64,000 bases of DNA from Minisyncoccota bacterium (GTDB lineage: Bacteria; Patescibacteriota; Minisyncoccia; Phycocordibacterales; UBA918): NCBI GenBank assembly GCA_937975855.1, contig CALJTT010000003.1:26901-90900 (forward strand), read 5' to 3'. The notes beneath the pieces are model-generated. The model did no database searches, was not told the origin of the DNA, and saw only the letters and a list, made by a program, of their open reading frames with translations. A program made the position numbers and the translations under genes. Positions 16,561 to 25,785 of the stretch are shown piece after piece; within the stretch, counting starts at the first letter, position 1; the number at the start of each line of letters is the position of its first letter.

Positions 16561-18123
16561 CTACGATTGTACACGCTTAGGTGTCACCCAAAAACCCATG
16601 TAGCGGCCAAACATCAGTCTAGTCTGAGCGTCGAGTCCAGGGATGGCACTAAACACGATCATCGTCATTGGCACCATGATCCACTGCAATGCCATCACAA
16701 CGTAACGAAAGCGACTGTGTCCTTCTGGTCGTGGCGGTGTAAGTGAGAGTGAGATCACCGCTGAGATAACCAATCCGACCATAGCTACAGTCAGCATATT
16801 CCGCACCAAAATCGGTAGTTCGTAGGACAACACTGTCTCGTGAAATTCACGCGTCCCCAAGAAAATCGGAGCCCAACCGAGAATGAAGAGCATGATCGGG
16901 TTCGTCACCAGCGACCAATATCCTTCACCCTGAAGCAAGGCGATACCCCAACGCTTGCGCAGTGGGATCGATTTGTTCTTAGTGAAATGATAAACGATGT
17001 AACACCAGTTCTCTACACCATAAGTCCAGCGGCGGTGCTGCTTGTAGATATTAACGATAGTCCCCCACAACGTTGGTGCTGTGGTGGCGTCCATCGCTAT
17101 CGGGTAAGAAATCGGCACGATGTCGAAGTTACCGTCGTTCGCCAACAGCAAGTTCCAATAGATACGCGAGTCTTCACTAACTACATTCGCTTGCCCATAA
17201 CCGATTTCATACAACGCCTGATAACTCACCGAGTGTGAAGAAAAAGTGGCCGCCTTGTCTGGCCGCTCCTGCATAATCATTTGCCAAAAGGTACTAGACA
17301 TTGCCATCACCCGAGACAAGGCTGGTGCTTCCCACAAGTTATTGGTGAACAGAGGCACCGGCTGGTACGCACTTTTGTACGGCTGCTCGGCAGTCATAAA
17401 GTGCCAAATGAGACAATTGAAATAGTCCGGGTATATCACTGTGTCGACATCAAAAATAGAAGTGAGGATTTTCTTGTGGCTAATCTGTTCTTTTTCGATT
17501 ACAGCTTTGTGCACCTGATGAAGCGCGTAGTGAACGTTTGAACCCTTCCCAGCGATCTCCCCCGAAGTATCCGCAGGATGGACCGAGGCGACCACGTATC
17601 CAAACTTGTCAGCGTACAACGCTTCCATTTCACGCGCGAGTTCTGCCTGCTCTTTCCCAGCTCGCTCTTCAGCAGCAATCACTACGATCAATTTTTTTGG
17701 ATCGTACCTTGCATCCAGCAAACCCTGAAGTGCCGCCACCAACACTTCGCGTGGCTCTTTATAAAAAGGAAATACAACCAGGTGGTAATAGTCATCGTAG
17801 TCAAACCGTTTGATCAGGTGCTCCCAATCCAAGCTCATGTGATGCTTTAAACGTTTCCAGTTGTATCGCACGTGATACGAAAGAAAGATGGTCTTCAGAA
17901 CCCAGTAGATGGAGAAAGCAATAATGAAATAGGCCGCAAAGAAAGACCAGTAGATTGAGGCAAGCACAATCCCAATCAAAGCCGACCACGAAGCGACTCC
18001 GGGTACAATCTCCAAAAAGCGATAGAACCGGGCATCTTTGCCTTTCAGCTCATTTGCTCTACCCACTTTAAAATCTGCCCGACGGGCATACGGCAACAAA
18101 TCCTCCTGGGGTATCTCACTCAT
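16561..18123 (-). CDS. Processive family-2 glycosyltransferase (membrane-embedded, QxxRW type)
   Basis: DVD (IFDVDTV), SEDSRIY and QHRRW motifs, with multiple TM helices at both ends. Start at ATG 18123 (MSEIPQ...). The longer track ORF runs into the tRNA gene. Confidence 0.8.
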   Translation of the reverse strand: MSEIPQEDLLPYARRADFKVGRANELKGKDARFYRFLEIVPGVASWSALIGIVLASIYWSFFAAYFIIAFSIYWVLKTIFLSYHVRYNWKRLKHHMSLDWEHLIKRFDYDDYYHLVVFPFYKEPREVLVAALQGLLDARYDPKKLIVVIAAEERAGKEQAELAREMEALYADKFGYVVASVHPADTSGEIAGKGSNVHYALHQVHKAVIEKEQISHKKILTSIFDVDTVIYPDYFNCLIWHFMTAEQPYKSAYQPVPLFTNNLWEAPALSRVMAMSSTFWQMIMQERPDKAATFSSHSVSYQALYEIGYGQANVVSEDSRIYWNLLLANDGNFDIVPISYPIAMDATTAPTLWGTIVNIYKQHRRWTYGVENWCYIVYHFTKNKSIPLRKRWGIALLQGEGYWSLVTNPIMLFILGWAPIFLGTREFHETVLSYELPILVRNMLTVAMVGLVISAVISLSLTPPRPEGHSRFRYVVMALQWIMVPMTMIVFSAIPGLDAQTRLMFGRYMGFWVTPKRVQS

Positions 18124-18210
18124 AACTAATACGAGCGAGTATAGCTTTATTTTGCTTGGAAATAAAGCTTTTAATTCAACGTGAGCCCATACTATTGGGA
18201 CTCTTACTTG

Positions 18211-18283
18211 AGCCACCTGTCAGGCTCGAACTGACGACCTACGCGTTACAAATGCGTTGCTCTACCAACTGAGCTAAGGTGGC
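18211..18283 (-). tRNA. tRNA-Thr (anticodon UGU), discriminator U73, no encoded CCA
   Basis: Hand fold: acceptor GCCACCT/AGGTGGC, D-arm GCTC-AGTTGGTA-GAGC, anticodon arm ACGCA-TTTGTAA-CGCGT (one A-C mismatch), variable loop AGGTC, T-arm GTCAG-TTCGAGC-CTGAC. Confidence 0.9.
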
Positions 18284-18322
18284 TTATTTAGTTTTCTTCA
18301 CGCATCAAATATAAGTACCTAG

Positions 18323-18393
18323 CATTTGTAATATTACAAATGGTTCAACAGTCTCCCAGACTGTCTCACCTCTACCAACTGAGCTAAGGTGGC
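18323..18393 (-). other. tRNA 5'-half remnant (24-26 nt exact copy of the tRNA-Thr 5' half) plus two perfect hairpins
   Basis: 18370-18393 is identical to 18260-18283 (GCCACCTTAGCTCAGTTGGTAGAG on the minus strand). It is followed by hairpin ACAGTCT-GGG-AGACTGT (18348-18364) and the 20-nt palindrome CATTTGTAATATTACAAATG (18323-18342). No T-arm and no 3' acceptor strand. Confidence 0.6.
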
Positions 18394-18442
18394 TTTTATT
18401 TGGTGCATGAATAGTACCAAATATTTATTTTTTAGCTAGTGC

Positions 18443-20209
18443 TTAATCCTGCAAAAACCCTCCAGCCTGATGTTCCCATAGCTTGGCGTAGAGACCGCCG
18501 CCTGCAGCCAGTTCGTCGTGCGAACCATCCTCGATGATTTGTCCGTTTTCAAATACAAGAATCCTGTCCATCTTGCGTAGTGTTGATAAGCGGTGAGCGA
18601 CAGCGATCACAGTCTTGCCTTCCATCAGTTCTTCTAGAGCTGCTTGGATAGCCACTTCACTTTCACTATCGAGGGCGCTGGTCGCTTCGTCCAAAACAAG
18701 CAATGGTGCTTCTTTCAACATCGCGCGTGCGATGGCGACACGTTGTTTTTGTCCACCGGATAACTTCACTCCACGTTCACCAACCAGCGTGTTGTATTTT
18801 TCTGGTAACTGGTCGATGAACTCGTGTGCTTGGGCTCGTGTCGCAGCCAGGATCATTTCTTCTTCTGTAGCATCCGGCTTGCCGTACAGGATGTTCTCGC
18901 GGATGGTGCGGTGGAACAACATCGGCTCCTGCGGCACCAGGGCAATGTTTTGTCGCAGACTGTCCTGTGTCACCTGCGCGATGTTCTGACCATCGATCAT
19001 AATCTGTCCATACTGAATGTCGTGCTGACGCAGCAACAGAGAAACAAAGGTGGACTTCCCTGCACCAGATGGTCCAACCAGACCCACGCGCTCGCCTGGT
19101 TTGATATTGAGTGATAGTCGTTTGAAGATATCTTCCTCCTGGTACGCGAAAGTAACAGCTTGCCAGGTGATGGAGCCGGTTGGGACGGAGAGGTTGGCGG
19201 CGGAGGGATGGTCGGTGATTTCGTGGTTGATGAGGATATCTTGGAGGCCTTCTTCCATTTCTCCAAAAGCTTGGGAAAACGCGTCGAACGTTTTTCCAAT
19301 TGTGGTCAAGTTGTAAGCAACTTGAGTAACTAGTGTCAAAATTAATACCAATTCACCAGTTGTAGCCGTACCATTCTGCCAACTTTCTACTAAGATGTAG
19401 AACATCGCACTCGTTGCGGCAAACAAAATTGCTGAGTTTACCAACCTTGTTTTCTCAGAATATTTCCAAGTTCGTTCATGCTCTATCTTTCGTTTTGTAG
19501 TCAGCTCTTCTAAATCTAGTATCTCTTGACGCAAGCGAACATATTGTCTAGCAGCTTGAACGTTACTCAGCACGTCAGCAGTCCTGCCAGTTAACTTAGT
19601 TCGAGCTGCCGCATGCTTGCGAGACAATCGTCTTTTTTCCGGCGAAAGTTTTGCATTCAACACAACCATTACCGCTACCAACACCAAAAAAATGCCCGCT
19701 ACTTGCACGTTGACCGTTAGCATAAAAATAAAAGCGACCAAAAATGAAGTGAAGTTGCCTAGAATACTCCAAAAGAAATCAGGGATTATTTGACCAAAAC
19801 CACCAATCACATTTCCGAACTTGGTGAGAATGGAACCAGAAAATCTGTTAGAGAAATAAAAGTGACTATGGTTCAGTGTGTGTGCAGCCAACACATCAGA
19901 GCAACGTTTCATTGTCGGTGTCAGATATCTCATTCCTGTCACTGAAGATAATCGAAACAGTATTTGCACAATGAAAATAGCTAGCGGATACAGCAGGGCA
20001 TAAAATACGACGGTATCTGATTGGCCTGCCTCAGCCGCATCCACAATTAACTTAAACAAGTAACTAAGGCTCTGGTTAATTACTGACGCTCCAACAACAA
20101 TGAGTACCGTCAGGATAAAGTACAATTTGTAAGGCTGACTGACATACTGCAAAAAAGCCCAGGGCGTATTAGGAATATCTCCAGTATATGTGTTTTCTTG
20201 CTTTTCCAT
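18443..20209 (-). CDS. ABC exporter, fused permease/ATPase (MsbA-like)
   Basis: Six-TM N-terminal half. Walker A GPSGAGKST, signature LSGGQKQR, Walker B LLVLDEATSALD, H-loop AHRLST. Confidence 0.9.
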   Translation of the reverse strand: MEKQENTYTGDIPNTPWAFLQYVSQPYKLYFILTVLIVVGASVINQSLSYLFKLIVDAAEAGQSDTVVFYALLYPLAIFIVQILFRLSSVTGMRYLTPTMKRCSDVLAAHTLNHSHFYFSNRFSGSILTKFGNVIGGFGQIIPDFFWSILGNFTSFLVAFIFMLTVNVQVAGIFLVLVAVMVVLNAKLSPEKRRLSRKHAAARTKLTGRTADVLSNVQAARQYVRLRQEILDLEELTTKRKIEHERTWKYSEKTRLVNSAILFAATSAMFYILVESWQNGTATTGELVLILTLVTQVAYNLTTIGKTFDAFSQAFGEMEEGLQDILINHEITDHPSAANLSVPTGSITWQAVTFAYQEEDIFKRLSLNIKPGERVGLVGPSGAGKSTFVSLLLRQHDIQYGQIMIDGQNIAQVTQDSLRQNIALVPQEPMLFHRTIRENILYGKPDATEEEMILAATRAQAHEFIDQLPEKYNTLVGERGVKLSGGQKQRVAIARAMLKEAPLLVLDEATSALDSESEVAIQAALEELMEGKTVIAVAHRLSTLRKMDRILVFENGQIIEDGSHDELAAGGGLYAKLWEHQAGGFLQD

Positions 20210-20244
20210 AGAGTGTGTCTACTAGTTTGTAGACGGGTGGGAGA

Positions 20245-20640
20245 CTAAAACCTTTCTTCTAATTTTTGTTTGTTGAGTTTGCGTTTTTGGGCTGCGGTTA
20301 GGGCTGTCTCGGTTTTGTGTTCGTACATCTTGGATAAGTGACTGTCGTTATGCACAACTGTCAGCGGTGTCTGGGTAGCATGACGCAGGAGTGCGGTCAT
20401 AACTGCGTTGTCTGCAGTGCCAGTTTTTGAGCTTGCGTGTGTGAGCCTGCTGCGCGAGAAACTCTGCAACTTGCCAAGTATCGACCCACCGTAATCTAAG
20501 GCCCTGTCAGCGTGATTTCGCACGCCATTGAGGTACAGTCTTTCACCATGCTGTTTTTCCAGCATGACTAATCGAAAAGCAAAAACAAAAAGCGCCGTGG
20601 TGGCGCCAAATGTGACTGCTGATAGCAGTAGCGTCTCCAT
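20245..20640 (-). CDS. Hypothetical single-TM protein
   Basis: 131-aa ORF with N-terminal helix LLLSAVTFGATTALFVFAF and a basic C-terminus. Packed 10 nt downstream of tsf. Confidence 0.5.
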   Translation of the reverse strand: METLLLSAVTFGATTALFVFAFRLVMLEKQHGERLYLNGVRNHADRALDYGGSILGKLQSFSRSRLTHASSKTGTADNAVMTALLRHATQTPLTVVHNDSHLSKMYEHKTETALTAAQKRKLNKQKLEERF

Positions 20641-20649
20641 TCCTCTATT

Positions 20650-21234
20650 CTACTTCACTGACACGCGGTTAATTTGAGCGATGTTGATATTCTCGCCAAA
20701 CTTTTGAATGCCTCCTGAGACCATTTCTGCGATAGTCGTTTCCGGGTTCTTGATAAAGTCTTGTTCCATCAAAATCTGATCTTTGAAGTATGCGTTGACC
20801 TTGCCTTCCATGATCTTTTCGTGCATATCTTCCGGCTTGCCTTCTAGCTCTGGAGCAAAAACTTCTTTAGCTTTCTCCAGCGCATCTTCTGGCATTTCAT
20901 CTCGATTGATGAACTTAGGGTCTGTTCCAGCTACTTGCAAAGCAATGTCTTTTGCCAGGGCAACAAATTCTTCGTTCTTTGACACAAAGTCAGTCTCACA
21001 AACAAGCAACACCGTCGCTGCGACTTCGTTGGTGTTGTGTACGTATACACCAACAGCGCCAGCGCCGAATTCTCGGTCAGATTTTTTCTCAGCTGCTTCG
21101 CTTCGCTTCTTCTTTAGGATGATGACAGCTTTGTCCATGTCTCCTTCTGCTTCAACCAATGCCTTCTTGCATTGCATGACTGAGATTCCAGTCTTCTCTC
21201 GTAGTTCTTTTAATTGTGCTGATGAGGTTTCCAT
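20650..21234 (-). CDS. tsf: Elongation factor Ts (short form)
   Basis: LKELREKTGISVMQCKKALVEAEGDMDKAV UBA-like N-terminus. Adjacent to rpsB, as in most bacteria. Confidence 0.9.
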   Translation of the reverse strand: METSSAQLKELREKTGISVMQCKKALVEAEGDMDKAVIILKKKRSEAAEKKSDREFGAGAVGVYVHNTNEVAATVLLVCETDFVSKNEEFVALAKDIALQVAGTDPKFINRDEMPEDALEKAKEVFAPELEGKPEDMHEKIMEGKVNAYFKDQILMEQDFIKNPETTIAEMVSGGIQKFGENINIAQINRVSVK

Positions 21235-21313
21235 AATGATTCAATCTTCAAACTAAATAACAATATTATCGCGGTCAGTATACCGCGGGCCGGACTAATT
21301 CCGAAGTCGCAAA

Positions 21314-22057
21314 CTATGCGCGCGGGCGTCGTGCTGGTGCTGCTTTTTCAGCTGCTGGCTTTGGGACGAATGCTGCCTTTCCTTCGTTGTATGCAGCTAC
21401 TAGTTCGTCCATTACAAGAGAGACACTTGAAGTAAGTGAGTCGTTGGCAACGATTGGGTGAGCGATCAATGACGCGTCACTGTCAGTTCCAAGCAAGGCC
21501 ATCACTGGGATGTTCTTATCTTGTGCCTCAGAGACTGCGATGTGGTCGTGCCGTGGGTCAACTACTATCATAAGTTCTGGCAATTTTGGAAGTGACACAA
21601 TTCCACCAAAGTTGAACTCTAGCTTGTCTGCCTCACGTCCGATAACCACTCGCTCTTTTTTGGTGTACTTTCGGTCTAGTTCTCCGCTAGCTTTTTCAGC
21701 TGTTAGAACCTCAAGACGATTGATTCGCTTTTTGATTTCTGTGTAGTTAGTCATCATTCCACCGATCCAACGGTTTGTGACGTACGCAACTTCAGCTTTT
21801 TGTGCAGCAGCGTGTACGATTTTGCTAGCTTCGTCTTTTGTTCCAACGAACATGACAACGCGGCCGTTCATACCGGCTTCTTTAATAGTTTCTTTGGCAG
21901 CTTTGATTGACGTCTCAGTTTTAGACAAGTCAATAACATCACTACCGTCTTTGGTAGCGTAGAGATACGAAGACACCGTTGGGTGACGTCGAGCTTTCTT
22001 AAAGCCGAAGTGTGCGCCCGCTTCAAACAGACGACTTACCAGATTTTTGTCTGACAT
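21314..22057 (-). CDS. rpsB: 30S ribosomal protein S2
   Basis: LFEAGAHFGFKKARRHP..., DVIDLSKT, VTNRWIGGMMTN. Confidence 0.95.
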   Translation of the reverse strand: MSDKNLVSRLFEAGAHFGFKKARRHPTVSSYLYATKDGSDVIDLSKTETSIKAAKETIKEAGMNGRVVMFVGTKDEASKIVHAAAQKAEVAYVTNRWIGGMMTNYTEIKKRINRLEVLTAEKASGELDRKYTKKERVVIGREADKLEFNFGGIVSLPKLPELMIVVDPRHDHIAVSEAQDKNIPVMALLGTDSDASLIAHPIVANDSLTSSVSLVMDELVAAYNEGKAAFVPKPAAEKAAPARRPRA

Positions 22058-22260
22058 ATTTAAATATGTTTATGGTGATAACACCAAGCTGCCGGTTAAA
22101 ATGATAAAGCTAGAATACGTGGATCCATCGAGGGGCGCCGGGGCGAAAATTTAGTGTAAAAATTTTCGCCCCTTAACGCACACGAGCCACAGACAGCTAC
22201 GGTGCCTGGAGACATACGGTACAAGTACCGAAATGTGGCAGTACATTACTATGAAAAGGT

Positions 22261-23238
22261 TTATTCTGCAACGCCATCAGCACCAAAAGATGATAGCGCG
22301 TCGACAATCGGTTTCAAGTCCCCTGCCAAAGTTGCTTCGATCGTGTGCCATGACTGCTTGATGCGGTGGTCGGTGATGCGGTTTTGCGGGAAGTTGTAAG
22401 TACGGATTTTTTCGCTACGATCACCGGTTCCGATCTGACCCTTTCTTACAGCGGCGTGTTTTTTGGCTTCTTCTTCTTCGTGAAGCGCTTCCAGTTTGGC
22501 AGTCAACATTTCCATCGCCTTGAGCCGGTTCTTTAGTTGAGAACGATCGTTCTCACAACGCACGTCGATACCAGTTGGACGATGAACCAGGCGAACGGCT
22601 GTTTCAACCTTGTTGACGTTCTGTCCGCCAGCACCGCCAGCGCGCGAGAACTCCATGTCAATGTCTTGTGGGTTAATTTCCACTTTCGGTTTTTTACGCA
22701 TCGGCAAAACTGCCACCGACGCAGTCGAGGTATGGATCCGGCCCTGTTTCTCTGTGGCCGGCACTCGCTGCACTCGGTGCACACCAGTTTCATATTGAAG
22801 GTGTTCGTACACGTCAGGGTGCAAAAACTCGAAAGAGGCTTCTTTGTATCCACCAGCTTCGTTCATGCTGGTGTTGTTAATTAGTGTCTGCCACCCATTG
22901 GTAGCGGCGTATGCCTGATACATCTGCGCCAGTTCTCCTGCGAACAATGAGGCCTCGTCTCCTCCGGCACCTGCTCGCACTTCAATCATCACACCGTATG
23001 GTTTTTCGTCTTCTACTCTACTAGCCTCGATTATGCGATCCATCTCGTCGAACTGGTCCTGCAGCTGTTTGGTAAGCTGGGCGATTTCTTCTTGCGCTAG
23101 TTCGGCCATCTCAGGGTCGCTGTCAGCCAGCTCTTGTGCCTCGGTTAGTTTGACCATCTCACTATCAAACTGCGACGCGAGAAATTGCGTCTTTTGATTT
23201 TCCTTAAATTCTGTGAGTTTGTCTTGGTCAAATTCCAT
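22261..23238 (-). CDS. prfA: Peptide chain release factor 1
   Basis: GGQ motif ([19 protein letters not shown]) and the RF1-type tripeptide PAT (RVQRVPATE). No internal frameshift. Confidence 0.9.
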   Translation of the reverse strand: MEFDQDKLTEFKENQKTQFLASQFDSEMVKLTEAQELADSDPEMAELAQEEIAQLTKQLQDQFDEMDRIIEASRVEDEKPYGVMIEVRAGAGGDEASLFAGELAQMYQAYAATNGWQTLINNTSMNEAGGYKEASFEFLHPDVYEHLQYETGVHRVQRVPATEKQGRIHTSTASVAVLPMRKKPKVEINPQDIDMEFSRAGGAGGQNVNKVETAVRLVHRPTGIDVRCENDRSQLKNRLKAMEMLTAKLEALHEEEEAKKHAAVRKGQIGTGDRSEKIRTYNFPQNRITDHRIKQSWHTIEATLAGDLKPIVDALSSFGADGVAE

Positions 23239-23245
23239 ATGTTTC

Positions 23246-23251
23246 AGTATA
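23246..23251 (-). promoter_or_regulatory. -10 box TATACT, 7 nt upstream of the prfA ATG (leaderless candidate)
   Basis: Minus-strand TTGTATACT-gaaacat-ATG, immediately after the rpmE terminator. Confidence 0.45.
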
Positions 23252-23254
23252 CAA

Positions 23255-23294
23255 GAAAACGCAGCCGGCGATCTTTGGTGCCGGCTGCGTTTTC
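23255..23294 (-). terminator. Rho-independent terminator after rpmE
   Basis: 15-bp stem GAAAACGCAGCCGGC / GCCGGCTGCGTTTTC, with a T-run on the minus strand. Confidence 0.8.
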
Positions 23295-23301
23295 ATCAAA
23301 G

Positions 23302-23574
23302 CTAAGCTTTTTTCTTTCGCCGCTCAGCAGCCGCTGCAGTACGATTTTTGAATCGTTCAACACGCCCTGCGCTGTCCATGACCTTTTCTTGTCCTGTGTA
23401 GAAAGGGTGAGAAGTTGAAGAAACATCAACAGTCACAAGCGGGTACTCGTTTCCGTCAGTCCATTTGTCAGTCGCTTCAGTTTCAACAACTGAACCAACC
23501 AGCACACGGTCGTTGTTTGATGTATCTTGAAAAATTACCTTTCGGTAGTTATCTGGGTGAATATCTTTTTTCAT
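23302..23574 (-). CDS. rpmE: 50S ribosomal protein L31 (type B, no CxxC zinc motif)
   Basis: [10 protein letters not shown]..., [23 protein letters not shown]. Start at ATG 23574. Confidence 0.9.
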   Translation of the reverse strand: MKKDIHPDNYRKVIFQDTSNNDRVLVGSVVETEATDKWTDGNEYPLVTVDVSSTSHPFYTGQEKVMDSAGRVERFKNRTAAAAERRKKKA

Positions 23575-23680
23575 ATTGCAAACACTTCGGCGCACTCAAA
23601 AGGAATAGAATAAGCGAGTACACCTACTAGTGGTGCGCGAACTATAGCAAAAAGGGCTGTTTTGGCAAGCGGTCGAAATC

Positions 23681-25036
23681 TTAATTACTCAAGATCTGGA
23701 TCTCTTGGGCTAGGCGGGATTTTCGGTTCATTACTTGGTTTCCGTAGAAGGCGTTGGCGGGGTTGTTTGCTCCTCCCCAGCCGGCATAGTAGCGCAGTGC
23801 TGCCATACGATCGCCGTTGTATGTGCCGTCGGCGCCGTTGTCACGCATCAGGAGGGCTGTAGCAATAAACGCGTCACGGTTATTGAAAGGGTTCGCGATA
23901 TCTCCACCGTTGATAGCACGAATGGCGTCAGAACCACGGCTGTAAACATAGCCTCCGGCACCGTCACTAACAATTCCGCCGTAGTATGCCCAGGTAGAAG
24001 GGATAAACTGTGAAGGTCCCATAGCTCCACCCCAGCCGACGCGTTGTCCCCCCTGATGAATCGGACACGACACGGTACGAGTCGTTGGGTCAAACCCAAG
24101 AATCTCTGCGATTGCCAAAAATACTGGTTCGTCTCGTGTTGGGTGCATCACTGGTCGAGACGAATTACTATCTGTAAACAGGCAACTGCCGAGATTTGAA
24201 CCAATGTTAGTTTCCTGTTCGAGAATAGCAAGAATCAATGCAGCGTCGACACCAGTTACCTGCGAAGCGTACTTTGCCAAGTCGACTGCCTGCGGCAACG
24301 GGATTCCTCCGCCTCCACCAAGAAGTGTGAAGAGCTGGTTACGTAGCTGTGCAGCGGTTTTTTCTTGTGATTTTAAAAGTGCGACATATTCGTTTTCTTC
24401 GCCTTTAGTCACGTTGAGGATCTGCGCTTTGGTCCTTTCGCGCTCTTCGATAGTCTTTTTTTCCAACTCTTGGATTCGCTTCATCTCAGCTTCTGTTTCT
24501 TTTTTGCTGGCGAGTTGTTCTTTTTGCTCAACTGTGTCGCTACGAATTTCGTGGAGAATTTCAAGAGACTCGTTTAGCGAATCTTTTAATGTATTGAAAG
24601 TGGCAACGTCACTAAAGAACTCTGAAAAATTTTGCTTACTCAACACAACCTCGACCAACGTGTGATCTGACTGCAGGGCAGACTTACGCACCAAGTCTGC
24701 TAGCGACGCGTGTTGCTTTTGTGTCTTTTCGCTAAGTACATCAAGTACAACTTCTTTGTCGCCGATCTGGTCAGACAGCTGCTCGATGGCAGCAGCTCTG
24801 GCCTGAATGCCGAGTTGAGCCTGAGTGATCTCACCTTCAATAATAGAAATGTCACGCTCGATAGATCGACGTTCCAATTTTTTATCTTCAACTAGTCTTT
24901 GCTGGGTGAGGATTTGACGCTCGACTTGCATCAACTGATTTTCAATACGACTACGACGCTCCGTCTCGCTTTCTGCAAAAACAGAATACGGAAGAACAAA
25001 CAATGCGATCAAAAAACAGGCCAACAATTTATGCAT
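23681..25036 (-). CDS. Secreted coiled-coil protein with a C-terminal lytic transglycosylase-like (MltB/SLT_2-like) domain
   Basis: Signal peptide MHKLLACFLIALFVLPYSVFA, then about 220 aa of heptad-rich sequence. The C-terminus has GWGGAMGPSQFIPSTW, resembling the MltB GAMGQ-QFMPS motif. Confidence 0.65.
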   Translation of the reverse strand: MHKLLACFLIALFVLPYSVFAESETERRSRIENQLMQVERQILTQQRLVEDKKLERRSIERDISIIEGEITQAQLGIQARAAAIEQLSDQIGDKEVVLDVLSEKTQKQHASLADLVRKSALQSDHTLVEVVLSKQNFSEFFSDVATFNTLKDSLNESLEILHEIRSDTVEQKEQLASKKETEAEMKRIQELEKKTIEERERTKAQILNVTKGEENEYVALLKSQEKTAAQLRNQLFTLLGGGGGIPLPQAVDLAKYASQVTGVDAALILAILEQETNIGSNLGSCLFTDSNSSRPVMHPTRDEPVFLAIAEILGFDPTTRTVSCPIHQGGQRVGWGGAMGPSQFIPSTWAYYGGIVSDGAGGYVYSRGSDAIRAINGGDIANPFNNRDAFIATALLMRDNGADGTYNGDRMAALRYYAGWGGANNPANAFYGNQVMNRKSRLAQEIQILSN

Positions 25037-25042
25037 GCTGTT

Positions 25043-25051
25043 AGTATACCA
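25043..25051 (-). promoter_or_regulatory. Extended -10 TGGTATACT, 6 nt upstream of ATG 25036 (leaderless candidate)
   Basis: Minus-strand TGGTATACT-aacagc-ATG, directly after the terminator hairpin. Confidence 0.45.
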
Positions 25052-25090
25052 AAACCGGGGGAATTTGCTTTCGCAAATTCCCCCGGTTTT
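25051..25090. terminator. Terminator after rplY (symmetrical hairpin)
   Basis: 18-bp perfect stem AAAACCGGGGGAATTTGC / GCAAATTCCCCCGGTTTT with loop TTTC. Confidence 0.8.
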
Positions 25091-25102
25091 GTCTTCGCTT
25101 TA

Positions 25103-25738
25103 TTACTCGGCTGGCTTCTCTTCTGTTTCTGCCCCAGCCTCTGGCGCTTCTCCTTCGGCTCCTTCTTCTGCAACCACTTCTTCTTCGACTTCTTCTTTCT
25201 GGACACTGATTACCGCTACTGGGTCTTCAGCTTCTGCATTGTAAGTTACACCTTCAATTTTCGGCAAATCTCCGACAGTAATCTTGTCGTTTTCTGTCGC
25301 CAGAGTCGAAACATCAACCGTAATGTCTGAAGGGATGTCACTTGGCCGACAAGTAACTTCAACATCCTGAATAATTCGTGTCACTGTTCCAATACCACCC
25401 TTCTCTGCTGGAGCTTCTCCAACGAATTCTAGTGGGATTGATACAGTCATTTCTTTACCTCGCTCGATAGCGTAGAAATCAACATGAACAATCCCTTGTT
25501 TAATTGGGTTGAAATCAACTTGCTTGATCAAAACCTCAAGCTCTTCACCTAAACCAGTTAGAGTGATGATCGTTGACTCACCCGCGTCCTTGCGAACTTT
25601 ATCGAAAGTAAGTTCATCAAGGCTCATTGCAAGTGGTTCTTGCTTTGGACCATAAACTACCGCCGGCACGTGACCAGCTGGTAATGTCCCGCGCCCAGTG
25701 GCCGCGTCTCTTTTTGCTACTTCTAGTTTCATAGTCAT
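25103..25738 (-). CDS. rplY: 50S ribosomal protein L25/Ctc with an acidic C-terminal tail
   Basis: GHVPAVVYGPKQEP..., VLIKQVDFNPIKQGIVHVDF, C-terminal EEVEEEVVAEEGAEGE. Confidence 0.85.
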   Translation of the reverse strand: MTMKLEVAKRDAATGRGTLPAGHVPAVVYGPKQEPLAMSLDELTFDKVRKDAGESTIITLTGLGEELEVLIKQVDFNPIKQGIVHVDFYAIERGKEMTVSIPLEFVGEAPAEKGGIGTVTRIIQDVEVTCRPSDIPSDITVDVSTLATENDKITVGDLPKIEGVTYNAEAEDPVAVISVQKEEVEEEVVAEEGAEGEAPEAGAETEEKPAE

Positions 25739-25785
25739 AGTGCGGTGTAGAGTATCACAATTTCAAGAAAATCAAAGCACTTAGC

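Noticed and set aside
18124-18216. N-terminal extension of the GT2 ORF to 18216
   Set aside because: The extension overlaps the 3' end of the tRNA-Thr gene (18211-18283) and its product has no coding character. ATG 18123 gives a sensible N-terminus.
18348-18393. A possible second tRNA, tRNA-Pro(GGG), suggested by the loop CTGGGAG on an ACAGT/ACTGT stem after a perfect tRNA 5' half
   Set aside because: There are extra nucleotides between the D-arm and the stem, and the helix extends to 7 bp with a 3-nt loop. No T-arm (GTTCRANNC) and no 3' acceptor strand follow. I treat it as a remnant.
22140-22172. The strong GC/AT hairpin as the prfA terminator
   Set aside because: There is no U-tract after the hairpin on either strand. 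I report it only as part of a structured spacer.
22261-23238. A programmed +1 frameshift of the release-factor gene
   Set aside because: The protein carries the RF1 tripeptide PAT, not the SPF of RF2, and it is a single uninterrupted ORF.
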